From the NCBI GenBank assembly GCA_963664875.1, contig OY761611.1, positions 1,632,001-1,696,000 of the forward strand: a stretch of 64,000 nucleotides of DNA, given 5' to 3'. The notes under the pieces are model-generated. The model was not told the origin of the DNA. It saw only the letters and a list, made by a program, of their open reading frames with translations, and ran no database searches. Shown here piece after piece: positions 10,180 through 20,650 of this stretch. The translations under genes and the position numbers were made by a program. Origin of the DNA: Candidatus Kapaibacterium sp. (lineage in GTDB: Bacteria; Bacteroidota; Ignavibacteria; Kapaibacteriales; UBA2268). Each line of letters begins with the position of its first letter. Position 1 is the stretch's first letter.

Positions 10180-11739
10180 ATGGTGAATAAAAGTCAGCTT
10201 ATCGCTGCTATTGATGTTGGAACAAACTCTTTTCACATGGTTGTTGCTTCTGTGGACAACAAGGGAATGCTCAGCATAAAAAGCAGGGATAAAGAAATGG
10301 TAAGGCTCGGCTCCAGTGGCGGCGACATGAAATATTTACAACCGGATGCCATAAGAAGAGGAGTCAACACACTCAAAAATTTTTCCGAAATAGCAAAATC
10401 CCTTGGTGCAGATGTCTTTGCAGTTGCCACAAGTGCTACACGAGAGGCTATCAATAAAGAAGAATTCCTCGAAAAGGCAAAGCGAGAAGTTGGAATTGAC
10501 ATTGAAGTCATCTCGGGTCTGGAAGAAGCCAGATTGATTTATATAGGTGCCTTGCACGCTCTCCCTATTTACGATACAAAAACTTTAATAATTGATATAG
10601 GTGGCGGCAGCACAGAAACAGTAGTTGGCTTTCAGAGTGAAATGCTTTTTTCAAACAGCCAAAAACTTGGCTCTATAAGAATGACCAAAGCATTTTTCCC
10701 TGACGGTGAACCAAGCTCTCAGCAAATAGAAGCATGCAGAAATTACATCAGAGGTGTCTGGTCCACAAAGCTAAAGATGATAAAAGAAATTGGCTTTGAC
10801 AAGGTTATAGGTACTTCGGGAACTATACAAACTCTTGCAGCAATGGCTCTTGCAGCCAACCATGAACCGCTTCCGGAGATACTAAACGGCATCACAATCA
10901 AAGCTGCAGATATTCTCAAAATTATCCAAAAAATTATCAAAGCTAAAAACAACAAAGTTCGTGCTGCCATGCCGGGAATGGAATTAAAAAGAGCAGACAT
11001 TATACTTGGCGGAGCACTTATTTTAGAGCAAATTTTGCTTGAATTAAATATTGATAAAATTACTATCTCTGCTTATGCTCTACGCGAAGGCATTGTATTT
11101 GATAAACACAGTAAAAAAATCAATAACGACAGCTTTGGGCATTTGACTCATCTTAGATATGACACTATCAAAAATCTATGTGAACATTTCAAAATCGATA
11201 ACGTTCACGCTGAGCATGTCAGAGAAACCGCACTTAACATTTTTGATGGCTTGCAAAGCTATCACGGGCTAACTTCCAAAGAAAGAGAGCTTCTCGAAGC
11301 AGCATCTATGCTGCATGATGTTGGCTACCATATCTCGCACGACGGTCATCATAAACACAGCTACTATATTTTACTCCACTGTATGATGCCCGGATTTACA
11401 AATGCAGAAGCCGAGATAATAGCCAATATTGCAAGATACCACAGGAAAAGTCATCCAAAACGCAAGCATTCGGGCTTTGCATCACTTTCTTCAGACAAGC
11501 AAAATACGGTACGAATTCTAAGTGGCATATTGCGAATTGCAGAAGGTGTTGATAGAAGACAACAACAATTAGTAAGCTCAGTAGCTGCAAAAATGGAAAA
11601 CGGCAATATTTTGATTACTCTTTATGCTGACTCTTCCAAGCAGCTCCCTGATATAGAACTGTGGGGTGCTAACCGCAGGAAAATGCTATTAGAAGAAGCC
11701 ATGAGCTTAGAAGTAAAGTTCGAACTTGTGAAAGAGTAA
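10180..11739 (+). CDS. ppx: Exopolyphosphatase / pppGpp phosphohydrolase (Ppx/GppA) with C-terminal HD domain
   Basis: AAIDVGTNSFH, ATSATREA, EEARL, DIGGGSTE, ALREG and LHDVG motifs. Confidence 0.92.
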   Translation: MVNKSQLIAAIDVGTNSFHMVVASVDNKGMLSIKSRDKEMVRLGSSGGDMKYLQPDAIRRGVNTLKNFSEIAKSLGADVFAVATSATREAINKEEFLEKAKREVGIDIEVISGLEEARLIYIGALHALPIYDTKTLIIDIGGGSTETVVGFQSEMLFSNSQKLGSIRMTKAFFPDGEPSSQQIEACRNYIRGVWSTKLKMIKEIGFDKVIGTSGTIQTLAAMALAANHEPLPEILNGITIKAADILKIIQKIIKAKNNKVRAAMPGMELKRADIILGGALILEQILLELNIDKITISAYALREGIVFDKHSKKINNDSFGHLTHLRYDTIKNLCEHFKIDNVHAEHVRETALNIFDGLQSYHGLTSKERELLEAASMLHDVGYHISHDGHHKHSYYILLHCMMPGFTNAEAEIIANIARYHRKSHPKRKHSGFASLSSDKQNTVRILSGILRIAEGVDRRQQQLVSSVAAKMENGNILITLYADSSKQLPDIELWGANRRKMLLEEAMSLEVKFELVKE

Positions 11740-11791
11740 GAGATAAGTAGAACCTTTAAATTAGCATTTGAATTCCACACTTAACAAAACC

Positions 11792-11827
11792 AAAGTGCCC
11801 TGCATAAGCAAGGCACTCTGTTTTTTT
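11792..11827. terminator. Probable bidirectional terminator between convergent genes
   Basis: AGTGCC..GGCACT stem with A-rich and T-rich flanks. Confidence 0.55.
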
Positions 11828-11853
11828 AGTGAAACTCAGTGTTAGTCAAATTG

Positions 11854-14739
11854 CTATTTGGTAATAGCAACAGGCAATACAGTTATTTCGTCTGCTATTG
11901 TAACTTTTAGGTAATACATACCTGAAGTTATAGCATTAACATCGATTTTGTGATTTTCGTTAGATTTGACAGTACCTTTGTAAAGAGATACACCGTTTAC
12001 ATCAACGAGTTGCACTTTAGCGTCAGAGTTTAAAGTACCCAAATTAACAGTAAGTGTAGTTACAGCAGGATTTGGATATAAGCTCAATTCCGCGAATATT
12101 TTGTCTTCTACCGAAGTTGATGATTCGTTTAGTGTCATTGTATTTACGTCCAATTCTTTATTGTTGTCATCAATTTCAGCCCACATAGAAAGACCATCGA
12201 AACCAACTTTATCAACAACGATATTATATCTGCCGTTAGGTAAGTTTTCGATTGCAAAATCGCCTAAAGTATTTGTGCGTTTAAATTCTACGATATTTCC
12301 GGCTTCATCAATTGTGTAAACTAAAGCACCGCTGATTGGCTCTGCATCGCCTTCTACCATTCCGATTCCTTTTTTGCCTTTTTTAGCTATCTTACCTCTG
12401 ATAATGCCGATGCCTTTTACATCTTCCATTTTTTGCAATTTGATTGTTTTACCTGCGATAGTGCCATCTTCGGAAACAGCAACTTTTGTAGCTTCTTTCC
12501 AATCTATAGAAGCGAAATCATTTTCTACGAAGTAACCAGGAGCAAGGTCAATGTCTTCAGGGAATGCAAGCAATACATAATTACCCGGCAAGATACTTTC
12601 GAAAGAAAACGCACCATTTTGGTCTGCTTCAGTAGTGAATCCCCAGTTAATATGGTCTTGGTTGTCTTTATCTGTATCTACTAAGAAAGCAACTACCCAT
12701 GCAGGAGAGACTATGTTATTATCTCCATCTACAACGCTGCCTGAAAGCGAATTTTCAAAATCAAATGATTTTGCCAAAGCAAAGTCAATATTTTCCAAAT
12801 CTTCTTCTAAAGAAAGCACTTCTGCTTCAGAGATATTAGTAACATCGTTATAGTATTCAGGTATATAAAGATTTAGAGTATCTTGATGATTTACGCCCGG
12901 TCTCCAGCAAGTAGTAGAAGCCTGAGCGATATATTCGAAATTATCGTCTAACTCTGCTACATAGTAACCATCGCTATCTGTAAGTACTATCATGTGTATT
13001 TTTTGATTTTTATCGTTAGAGCCTTCGAATGCAACTAAAGCCTGTCCGATACCAGCACCTGTTTCTTCATCAGTTACTCTACCTGAAATAGTTTTATACT
13101 CAGGCATAGTATATTTTGCTACTGATGCATCAAAAGTATAGCTATTACCACATTCCAATTCGATAATTGTAGCATTATCAAAATCGTAAGCATTTTCCCA
13201 AAATTCTTCTTCAAATGCACCATAGCTTGTAAACCATAGATAGTATGAACCTGCATCTGCCTGCAAAGAATATTCACCATTAGTGATTTCTGCATAATTG
13301 CTGTAATATGGTTTATGACCAACATTAGCACTATCTAATACATCGGCAGACATCAAAACGGCATAGCCAAATTCAACCGGTTCTAATTCTGACGCACCAT
13401 CAGGATTATCATACACTACTGTGCCGCTAACAGTAATAGGAGTTGCGCAAGTAAATACATTTAGTGTGAAAGACATCACTGCCATATTTTCTGTTCCATT
13501 TGCATCATAAGCAATTACTGCAAAGTAATACATACCTGATTCAGTAGGAAGCCAGCTAAGTTCACCTGTGAGTTCATTTATTGTCATTCCTTCCGGTGCT
13601 TCTTCGAGTTTGTATCTGATTGCTATTTGATCGTCATCGCACTCAGCATCTACATCGAATGTCCAAGTAGAATTAACACCAAGTTTCAAATCTTCATCAG
13701 TAGGATAAGTAGAGAAGTAAATTCTGTCTTTGTGCCAGTTTTCTTTTTCTAATTCTACTTCAAAATATAAAGAGTCTCCGCAACTTAGAACTACAGATTC
13801 CTGATTGATAAGTTCCGCTGTTGACATCATTTTATAGCCAGGAGCACCTATCATTAGTTTAAACTCGCCTGCATCTGCCTCAATAGTAAATTCACCGTTA
13901 TGAATTTCACTTGTGAAAGACGGATTGCCGAATAATGTAGAATCAGCAGATTCTTCCATCAGAGAAGCAAAGCCCTGCTTAATCAGTTTGCCTTCTTTGT
14001 TTTTCACAAGTCCGGTTACTACAGTGCGCTCTGTGCAAGATTTTACGTAAAGATAAAAAGCTGCATCTGCATAATTGTAAGCATTGTTTTCTTCGTAAGC
14101 AATAACTCTAAATTGAACAGAGCCACCAACAGAAGGAGTCCATTCTATCAAGCCAGTATTTTCGTCAATAGTCATCCCTGCCGGAGCTTCTTCCAAGCTA
14201 TATTTTATAGTAACTTCATCAGATTCTGTTTCAGCATCAACGTCGTATTGCCATAAAGAACCTTTTAGAATAACTACATCTTCGAGATATGGATTTGTAA
14301 TATAGATTCTATCGCCCCAATCATTGCCTCTAATACTTACAGACAATAGGTTGGAAGCTGCTGATTCACCATCTTGATTATATGCTGTTACATAAAACGA
14401 ATAATCGCCTTTGTCCAATCCATAAACAAAATGATAAAATTCGTCCATCGGAAAATTACCAAGAGAGTCGCTTGGCATTTCCAAAACATCACGTAAAGTG
14501 AAATCGCTTGGAGTTTGTGTAATCTCTGATGCCATGTAAATGTTAAATCCATCGAATGGCTGAGTATTATCGTCCATTTCCCAAGACAGAAGAACTCCAT
14601 GCGGCATATTGCCACCTTTGTCTTCTACTTTCAAATCTTTTGGTGCGTTAGGAGCACCGGCATAACTTGCCATTGTGCCTGCCACTGCCAACAATAACAG
14701 CAGTACTAAGCCTCGAAAAGTTCTGATTGCATTATTCAT
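11854..14739 (-). CDS. Secreted multi-domain protein (Fn3-like, two putative Ig/cadherin-like, carboxypeptidase-regulatory-like domains) with T9SS C-terminal domain
   Basis: Likely start MNNAIRTF at 14739 with signal peptide. Repeats EEAPxGMTIxExTGxxxWxP. ISGRVTD/VTGLV beta-sandwich starts. CTD LYPNPA...SGMYYLKV. Confidence 0.8.
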   Translation of the reverse strand: MNNAIRTFRGLVLLLLLAVAGTMASYAGAPNAPKDLKVEDKGGNMPHGVLLSWEMDDNTQPFDGFNIYMASEITQTPSDFTLRDVLEMPSDSLGNFPMDEFYHFVYGLDKGDYSFYVTAYNQDGESAASNLLSVSIRGNDWGDRIYITNPYLEDVVILKGSLWQYDVDAETESDEVTIKYSLEEAPAGMTIDENTGLIEWTPSVGGSVQFRVIAYEENNAYNYADAAFYLYVKSCTERTVVTGLVKNKEGKLIKQGFASLMEESADSTLFGNPSFTSEIHNGEFTIEADAGEFKLMIGAPGYKMMSTAELINQESVVLSCGDSLYFEVELEKENWHKDRIYFSTYPTDEDLKLGVNSTWTFDVDAECDDDQIAIRYKLEEAPEGMTINELTGELSWLPTESGMYYFAVIAYDANGTENMAVMSFTLNVFTCATPITVSGTVVYDNPDGASELEPVEFGYAVLMSADVLDSANVGHKPYYSNYAEITNGEYSLQADAGSYYLWFTSYGAFEEEFWENAYDFDNATIIELECGNSYTFDASVAKYTMPEYKTISGRVTDEETGAGIGQALVAFEGSNDKNQKIHMIVLTDSDGYYVAELDDNFEYIAQASTTCWRPGVNHQDTLNLYIPEYYNDVTNISEAEVLSLEEDLENIDFALAKSFDFENSLSGSVVDGDNNIVSPAWVVAFLVDTDKDNQDHINWGFTTEADQNGAFSFESILPGNYVLLAFPEDIDLAPGYFVENDFASIDWKEATKVAVSEDGTIAGKTIKLQKMEDVKGIGIIRGKIAKKGKKGIGMVEGDAEPISGALVYTIDEAGNIVEFKRTNTLGDFAIENLPNGRYNIVVDKVGFDGLSMWAEIDDNNKELDVNTMTLNESSTSVEDKIFAELSLYPNPAVTTLTVNLGTLNSDAKVQLVDVNGVSLYKGTVKSNENHKIDVNAITSGMYYLKVTIADEITVLPVAITK

Positions 14740-14968
14740 AATGCTTCCCTTTATTATGTTAATTAAACTATTATATAAATGGGATACTTGTCTTTTTAAA
14801 CAGGTTTGATTATCCTGCTCATAAGGAAATACACAAGAAGTTTTTTTTGGTTGCAAACATATTTGATTTTTTTATCGGATTTATGCAATTCTATAAATAG
14901 CAGAGTCAGTATATATTATAGTACAGTAGAAAAAAGATTCTGATTTTGTATTTGTTATTCTTTGAACC

Positions 14969-15083
14969 TTCTTATTACTGAGGAGTATTACTTAATAACG
15001 AGTTGACATTCGTTTCGCTCGCTCCTTGAATAGAAAACAGATTAGGCAGATTCGTAATTGAGTGATGAATCTGCCTTTTTTTT
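14969..15083 (+). ncRNA. Candidate structured small RNA with its own intrinsic terminator
   Basis: Enclosing stem TTCTTATT..GAGGAG / CTCCTT.AATAGAA with inner hairpin ACGAGT-TGAC-ATTCGT, then terminator AGGCAGATTC..GAATCTGCCT-T run. No + strand gene upstream to explain the terminator. Confidence 0.45.
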
Positions 15084-15238
15084 ATTCTATTAAGTGCAGT
15101 CCTCCAACCGATTTTTATAACTAAGGCTTTGGCATATCAATTATTCTATTTTCTTGAAATAATGTAATTTGAGTAAAGTCCGATATTAGTTATCTTGCCT
15201 TGATATTATAATTGGTTGATTCACTTTTTGGAGATTTG

Positions 15239-17134
15239 ATGATGTATAATAAAAAAGGAAAGTTTACATCATTACTTATTGTGTTGTTTATTGTAATGGG
15301 TGGGTTCAGCACTATGTTGTTAGCTCAATCTGATCTCAAAACCCGAGATCAAATAGAAGATAAATACAAATGGAATTTGGCTGACGTTTATGCTACTGAG
15401 TCAGATTGGAATAAAGAGTTTGACTATGTACAAAGCAAGCTCGGCGATTATAAAAAGTTCGAGGGTAAATTAAATAACCCCAAAGCCATAGCTGATTGCT
15501 ACAAAGTACACTTTGATTTGTTGCAGCGTCTAAATAAGCTATATATTTACTCTTCTCTTGGTAAAGATACTGATTTGAAAAATGCTAAGTATCAGGGAAT
15601 GTACGAAAAAGTTTCAAAATTGGGAAGCGAAGTTTCTGCAGCGTCTTCTTTCATGGTGCCTGAAATCACTTCCATTCCAAAAGAAACTATGGACAAATTT
15701 ATTCAAAGTGCAGAGCTAAAAGACTACAAACAGCTTTTAGAAAATATGTTCAGAACTAAAGCTCACACTCTTTCAACTAAGGAAGAGCAAATACTTGCTA
15801 AGTTTTCGCAGGTCAAATCAGTGCCTACTCAGACTTACAATATTCTAAACGATGCTGAGTTACCTTTCCCGATAATCAAAGATGAAAACGGAAATGACGT
15901 TAGATTGTCTCACGGTCGTTATCGCTCCGGACTTTACTCAGATGACAGAGCCTATAGAGAAAGAGTTTACAAAGGTACTTACGTACCTTATATGTCTCTG
16001 AAAAATACTTTTGCTGCTCTTTACAACGGTAGAGTAAAAACAAGAATAACCGAAGCTGAAATTCGCGGATATGAAACTCCTGTCCATGCTGCTTTAGATG
16101 AAAACAATATTCCTGTTTCTGTCTATGAAAATTTGATTGCTACTATTGATAAATATAAAAATGTAATGCACCGTTGGGCTGCACTTAAGAAAAAAGTGCT
16201 TGGTGTAGAACAGCTTCATCCTTACGACTCCTATGCTCCTTTATTCCCTGGTGTACAAAAATCTTACACTTACGATGAAGCAGTCAAAATGGTAACTGAG
16301 GCTCTCAAGCCACTTGGTGAAGAGTATGTAAAAACTGTTAAATATGGTTTTGAAAATCGCTGGATTGACGTTTACGAAACTCAAAACAAACGCTCAGGAG
16401 CTTATTCAAACTCCACAGGATGCGGACCGCATCCGTTCATATTATTGAATTGGACTAATACTCTTGACGATGTATTTACTTTGGCTCATGAAGTTGGTCA
16501 CAATATGCACTCTTTCTTCTCTGAGAAAAATCAACCGTTTCACTATGCAGGCTATTCAATCTTTGTAGCTGAAGTTGCTTCTATCACGAACGAAGCCCTT
16601 CTACTTGATTACTTGATTGAAAATGCCGGCTCTATAGAAGAAAAAATGGCTCTTTACGAAAAATTCCTCGTTGGAGCGCAATCCACTTTCTTCCGTCAGG
16701 CTCGCTTTGGTGAGTTCGAAAAAGAAGTGCATGACATCGCTGTGAAAGAAGGAAAAATTCTAAGTGCTGATGAACTTACTGAACTATTTGGCAAAATGTA
16801 TGCGAAATACTGGGGCTCTGACATGGTGGTAGATGTTGAAGAAGGTCACTCATGGGCAAGAATTCCTCACCTTTTCAAATACAATTTCTATGTATATCAG
16901 TATGCTACCGGTTTTGTGGCTGCTCAGGCACTTTCCGAGCAAATCAAAAAAGAAGGCGAACCTGCAATCAAACGCTATTTAGGCTTCCTTTCTTCCGGTG
17001 AATCTGACTATGCTATCAATGTTCTTCGCAAAGCAGGTGTAGATATGTCTAAGCCTGACCCTGTAAAAGCAACATTGGACAAAATAGACAGATATATAAC
17101 TGATTTGGAAAAACTAATAGAGCAAAAAAAGTAA
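15239..17134 (+). CDS. pepF: Oligoendopeptidase F (peptidase M3B), with N-terminal signal peptide
   Basis: KYKWNLADVY, RWIDVYE, KRSGAYS, TLAHEVGHNMHS (HExxH), AEVAS and FYVYQYATG motifs. Start taken at MMYNKK. Confidence 0.92.
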   Translation: MMYNKKGKFTSLLIVLFIVMGGFSTMLLAQSDLKTRDQIEDKYKWNLADVYATESDWNKEFDYVQSKLGDYKKFEGKLNNPKAIADCYKVHFDLLQRLNKLYIYSSLGKDTDLKNAKYQGMYEKVSKLGSEVSAASSFMVPEITSIPKETMDKFIQSAELKDYKQLLENMFRTKAHTLSTKEEQILAKFSQVKSVPTQTYNILNDAELPFPIIKDENGNDVRLSHGRYRSGLYSDDRAYRERVYKGTYVPYMSLKNTFAALYNGRVKTRITEAEIRGYETPVHAALDENNIPVSVYENLIATIDKYKNVMHRWAALKKKVLGVEQLHPYDSYAPLFPGVQKSYTYDEAVKMVTEALKPLGEEYVKTVKYGFENRWIDVYETQNKRSGAYSNSTGCGPHPFILLNWTNTLDDVFTLAHEVGHNMHSFFSEKNQPFHYAGYSIFVAEVASITNEALLLDYLIENAGSIEEKMALYEKFLVGAQSTFFRQARFGEFEKEVHDIAVKEGKILSADELTELFGKMYAKYWGSDMVVDVEEGHSWARIPHLFKYNFYVYQYATGFVAAQALSEQIKKEGEPAIKRYLGFLSSGESDYAINVLRKAGVDMSKPDPVKATLDKIDRYITDLEKLIEQKK

Positions 17135-17162
17135 TATCTGACTAATAACTGTTATTAAACAC

Positions 17163-17199
17163 TCCCTTCGCTGATATTTTTGGCGAGGGGATTTTTTTT
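17163..17199 (+). terminator. Rho-independent terminator after pepF
   Basis: TCCCTTCGC..GGCGAGGGA followed by T8. Confidence 0.7.
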
Positions 17200-17595
17200 A
17201 TTGACAACATAAAGTTCTATTACAATCTAATATTTACTATTAGAGACAGGATAATTGATGTGCAATAATGACATATTGGAGGAAAATCCTGCTATTGAGT
17301 GCATAAAATGACGCATAGAAGCCCTACATCGCTTAGTTAAAGTAGTTGTAAATGTGAAATTATTCGACGGCAGAATATATGTTTACAGCAAATATGATTT
17401 AGAGGCAAAAAAAAAAATGACACTATTTGAATTATTTTCTTGCTTATCATTTTCTGAATTACGATATTTGTAACGAATGAAATAGAAAATATTATTATGA
17501 CTATACTTTTGTAATTACAAATTATCAGCTTTGCAATTCAAAAAGAGTACTTACAAAATAGCCACTTTTTGTTATTTTTTTGAGGAGAAAACTTT

Positions 17596-19011
17596 ATGAG
17601 ATGGATTTTATTCTTGATTTTGTCTTTACCTTTGCTACAACTCGAATCTGCCGAATACAAATGGAATGTGATTAAAGACAATTCTGCAAATTTATTATCT
17701 GCTAATCATATAGCTTCTATTGATTCTAATAGTTATATAGTTGCCAAATCTAAAGGATATTCATTAAACAATTTCAGATATATAATAAAAACAGAAGATT
17801 ATGGTATGACGTGGGACACTCTCTTTTTTGAAGATATTCCTATGACTACTGATTTTGGTGACTATGCTATTACTGATTTAGTTGCTATAAATGACAAGCA
17901 CATTTTTGCTGCTTATGGATTTAACTCATATCTAAAATCTACAAATGGAGGAAAAGACTGGGAAGACTTTAGATTTCAAGATACATCATTTAACTTTTTA
18001 AGAATTACGCAAGATAATAATCTCATATTCTTAGGGGAAAACAGGACAGGAAAATATGCAGTTAGCAACGATTTTGGGAAATCATGGGAAGTTAAACATA
18101 TAAATTTTTCAATTGACTCGATAGATAAATATGATAACATTATGTATGATACTCCCTGGAGAAAAAAAGATACATTATATTCATTGATTTACCTTCAAAC
18201 CAAAGTGCCATTTATGTCATATTTGTCTTTTATTACTAACAGTTTATTGATTTACAGTGCTGATGACGGGCATTCCTGGCAACAGATGATTTATGTTGAA
18301 GAATTAGGAATCATGCGAAGTATGGCGATGTATGATAACAAAATCATTACTCAGGTCATCAATAATACTTTTCATCCTGAATTGGTAGTATCGCCCGATG
18401 ATGGATCGCTTGATACGTTTTGGGTCTCCAGTGCTCACAAAAGAATAGCTGCCTTTGATAAGACAGATGGCTCTTGTACATTCCTGACAGATTCTGTTGA
18501 TTTTAAAATGGGAAATGTAGTCGATATGCAATACTATGAAAATGGTTTGCTAAGTATGGCAACTGAAATCTATACTTATGTATCTAAGGATTACGGGGTT
18601 ACATGGGAGAAAGAAGAAACTAATGAGGAAAAACCAATATCAAAAGTGGCAAGACCATGTATCAATAAAGGTTTAATGATAGGAGACAATTACTATGCAA
18701 TCCTCGAACCTATCACTTCTGTTTTTAATAACCGAAGTTTGCTTCCGGAAACGATTTCTCTTTTCCCAAATCCAATATCCAAAAGTAACAAACTGCATAT
18801 CGAGTTCGAAGTAGAAATTCAGGGAGAATATTCCTTCAGTTTGACTTCTGCGGATGGTGCCAAATTTGATTTTAATCAGAAGTATTTCGCAGTTCCCGGC
18901 AACAACACAATATCTTTGGATATTCCGAAAGAAGTTGCTGCAGGAGCATATTTCCTAAGCATCGCAAAAGACGGAGAAATCCTTGCAGTGAAGCAATTAG
19001 TAGTACATTAA
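17596..19011 (+). CDS. Secreted BNR/Asp-box beta-propeller protein with T9SS C-terminal domain (copy 1)
   Basis: GAGGAG RBS and signal peptide. Asp-box repeats TEDYGMTW, STNGGKDW, SNDFGKSW, SADDGHSW, SKDYGVTW. CTD LFPNP..GAYFL..KQLVV. Confidence 0.85.
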   Translation: MRWILFLILSLPLLQLESAEYKWNVIKDNSANLLSANHIASIDSNSYIVAKSKGYSLNNFRYIIKTEDYGMTWDTLFFEDIPMTTDFGDYAITDLVAINDKHIFAAYGFNSYLKSTNGGKDWEDFRFQDTSFNFLRITQDNNLIFLGENRTGKYAVSNDFGKSWEVKHINFSIDSIDKYDNIMYDTPWRKKDTLYSLIYLQTKVPFMSYLSFITNSLLIYSADDGHSWQQMIYVEELGIMRSMAMYDNKIITQVINNTFHPELVVSPDDGSLDTFWVSSAHKRIAAFDKTDGSCTFLTDSVDFKMGNVVDMQYYENGLLSMATEIYTYVSKDYGVTWEKEETNEEKPISKVARPCINKGLMIGDNYYAILEPITSVFNNRSLLPETISLFPNPISKSNKLHIEFEVEIQGEYSFSLTSADGAKFDFNQKYFAVPGNNTISLDIPKEVAAGAYFLSIAKDGEILAVKQLVVH

Positions 19012-19026
19012 ATATTAACCCTAACA

Positions 19027-19062
19027 ACTCCCTTTTTATAGATTGAGCTATAAAAAGGGAGT
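19027..19062 (+). terminator. 15-bp perfect hairpin between the duplicated genes
   Basis: ACTCCCTTTTTATAG-attgag-CTATAAAAAGGGAGT followed by aatttatttttttt. Confidence 0.7.
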
Positions 19063-19090
19063 AATTTATTTTTTTTGAGGAGAAAACTTT

Positions 19091-20506
19091 ATGAGATGGA
19101 TTTTATTGTTGATTTTGACTTTACCTTTGCTACAACTTGAATCTGCCGAATACAAATGGAATGTGATTAAAGACAATTCTACAAATTTTTTATCTGTTAA
19201 TCATATAGCTTCTATTGATTCTAATAGTTATATAGTTGCCAAATCTAAAGGATATTCATTAAACAATTTCAGATATATAATAAAAACAGAAGATTATGGT
19301 ATGACGTGGGACACTCTCTTTGTTGAAGATATTCCTATGACTACTGATTTTATGGACTATGCTATCTCTGATTTAGTTGCAATAGATGACAAGCACATTT
19401 TTGCTGCTTATGGATTTAACTCCTATCTAAAATCTACAAATGGGGGAAAAGACTGGGAAGACTTTAGATTTCAAGATACCTCATTTAACTTTTTAAGAAT
19501 TACGCAAGATAATAATCTCTTATTCTTAGGGGAAAACAGGACAGGAAAATATGCAGTTAGCAATGATTTTGGGAAATCATGGGAAGTTAGGCACATCAAT
19601 TTTTCGATTGATTCGATAGATAAATATGATAACATTATGTATGATACTCCCTGGAGAAAAAAAGATACATTATATTCATTGATTTACCTTCAAACCAAAG
19701 TACCATTTATGTCAAATTTATCTTTTATTACCAACAGTTTGTTGATTCACAGCACTGATGACGGGCAATCCTGGCAACAGATGATTTATGTTGAAGAATT
19801 AGGAATCATGCCAAGTATGGCAATGTATGATAACAAAATCATTACTCAGGTCATCAATAATACTTTCCATCCTGAATTGGTAGTATCGCCCGATGATGGA
19901 TCGCTTGATACGTTTTGGGTCTCCAGTGCTCACAAAAGAATAGCTGCCTTTGATAAGACAGATGGCTCTTGTACATTCCTGACAGATTCTGTTGATTTTA
20001 AAATGGGAAATGTAGTCGATATGCAATATTATGAAAATGGTTTGCTAAGTATGGCAACTGAAATCTATACTTATGTATCTAAGGATTACGGTGTTACATG
20101 GGAGAAAGAAGAAACTAATGATAAAAAACCAATATCAAAAGTGGAAAGACCATGTATCAATAAAGGTTTAATGATAGGAGACAATTACTATGCAATCCTC
20201 GAACCTATCACTTCTGTTTTTAATAACCGAAATTTGCTTCCGGAAACGATTTCTCTTTTCCCAAATCCAATATCCAAAAGTAACAAACTGCATATCGAGT
20301 TCGAAGTAGAAAATCAGGGAGAATATTCCTTCAGTTTGACTGCTGCTGATGGTGCCAAATTTGATTTTAATCAGAAGTATTTCGCAGTTCCCGGCAACAA
20401 CACAATATCTTTGGATATTCCGAAAGAAGTTGCTGCAGGAGCATATTTCCTAAGCATCGCAAAAGACGGAGAAATCCTTGCAGTGAAGCAATTAGTAGTA
20501 CAGTAA
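19091..20506 (+). CDS. Secreted BNR/Asp-box beta-propeller protein with T9SS C-terminal domain (copy 2, about 95% identical to copy 1)
   Basis: Same length (471 aa). About 23 substitutions counted by eye versus 17596..19011. Confidence 0.85.
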   Translation: MRWILLLILTLPLLQLESAEYKWNVIKDNSTNFLSVNHIASIDSNSYIVAKSKGYSLNNFRYIIKTEDYGMTWDTLFVEDIPMTTDFMDYAISDLVAIDDKHIFAAYGFNSYLKSTNGGKDWEDFRFQDTSFNFLRITQDNNLLFLGENRTGKYAVSNDFGKSWEVRHINFSIDSIDKYDNIMYDTPWRKKDTLYSLIYLQTKVPFMSNLSFITNSLLIHSTDDGQSWQQMIYVEELGIMPSMAMYDNKIITQVINNTFHPELVVSPDDGSLDTFWVSSAHKRIAAFDKTDGSCTFLTDSVDFKMGNVVDMQYYENGLLSMATEIYTYVSKDYGVTWEKEETNDKKPISKVERPCINKGLMIGDNYYAILEPITSVFNNRNLLPETISLFPNPISKSNKLHIEFEVENQGEYSFSLTAADGAKFDFNQKYFAVPGNNTISLDIPKEVAAGAYFLSIAKDGEILAVKQLVVQ

Positions 20507-20531
20507 TTTTTATAGAGTATAAATAACTTTG

Positions 20532-20570
20532 AAAAAGCTGTAGGCAGAAAACAACACTACAGCTTTTTTT
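20532..20570 (+). terminator. Rho-independent terminator
   Basis: AAAAAGCTGTAG..CTACAGCTTTTTTT. Confidence 0.75.
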
Positions 20571-20650
20571 ATGGCTTTAAGCCTGTGAGTTGCTAATTTA
20601 ACCCAAAATGTCATTAGAAAAGCCAAATAAGTCATTATCTTGTTTCTTGG

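Noticed and set aside
17407-17417. Poly-A tract as a phase-variation switch
   Set aside because: A/T runs are common throughout this AT-rich window, and there is no evidence it sits in a promoter spacer.
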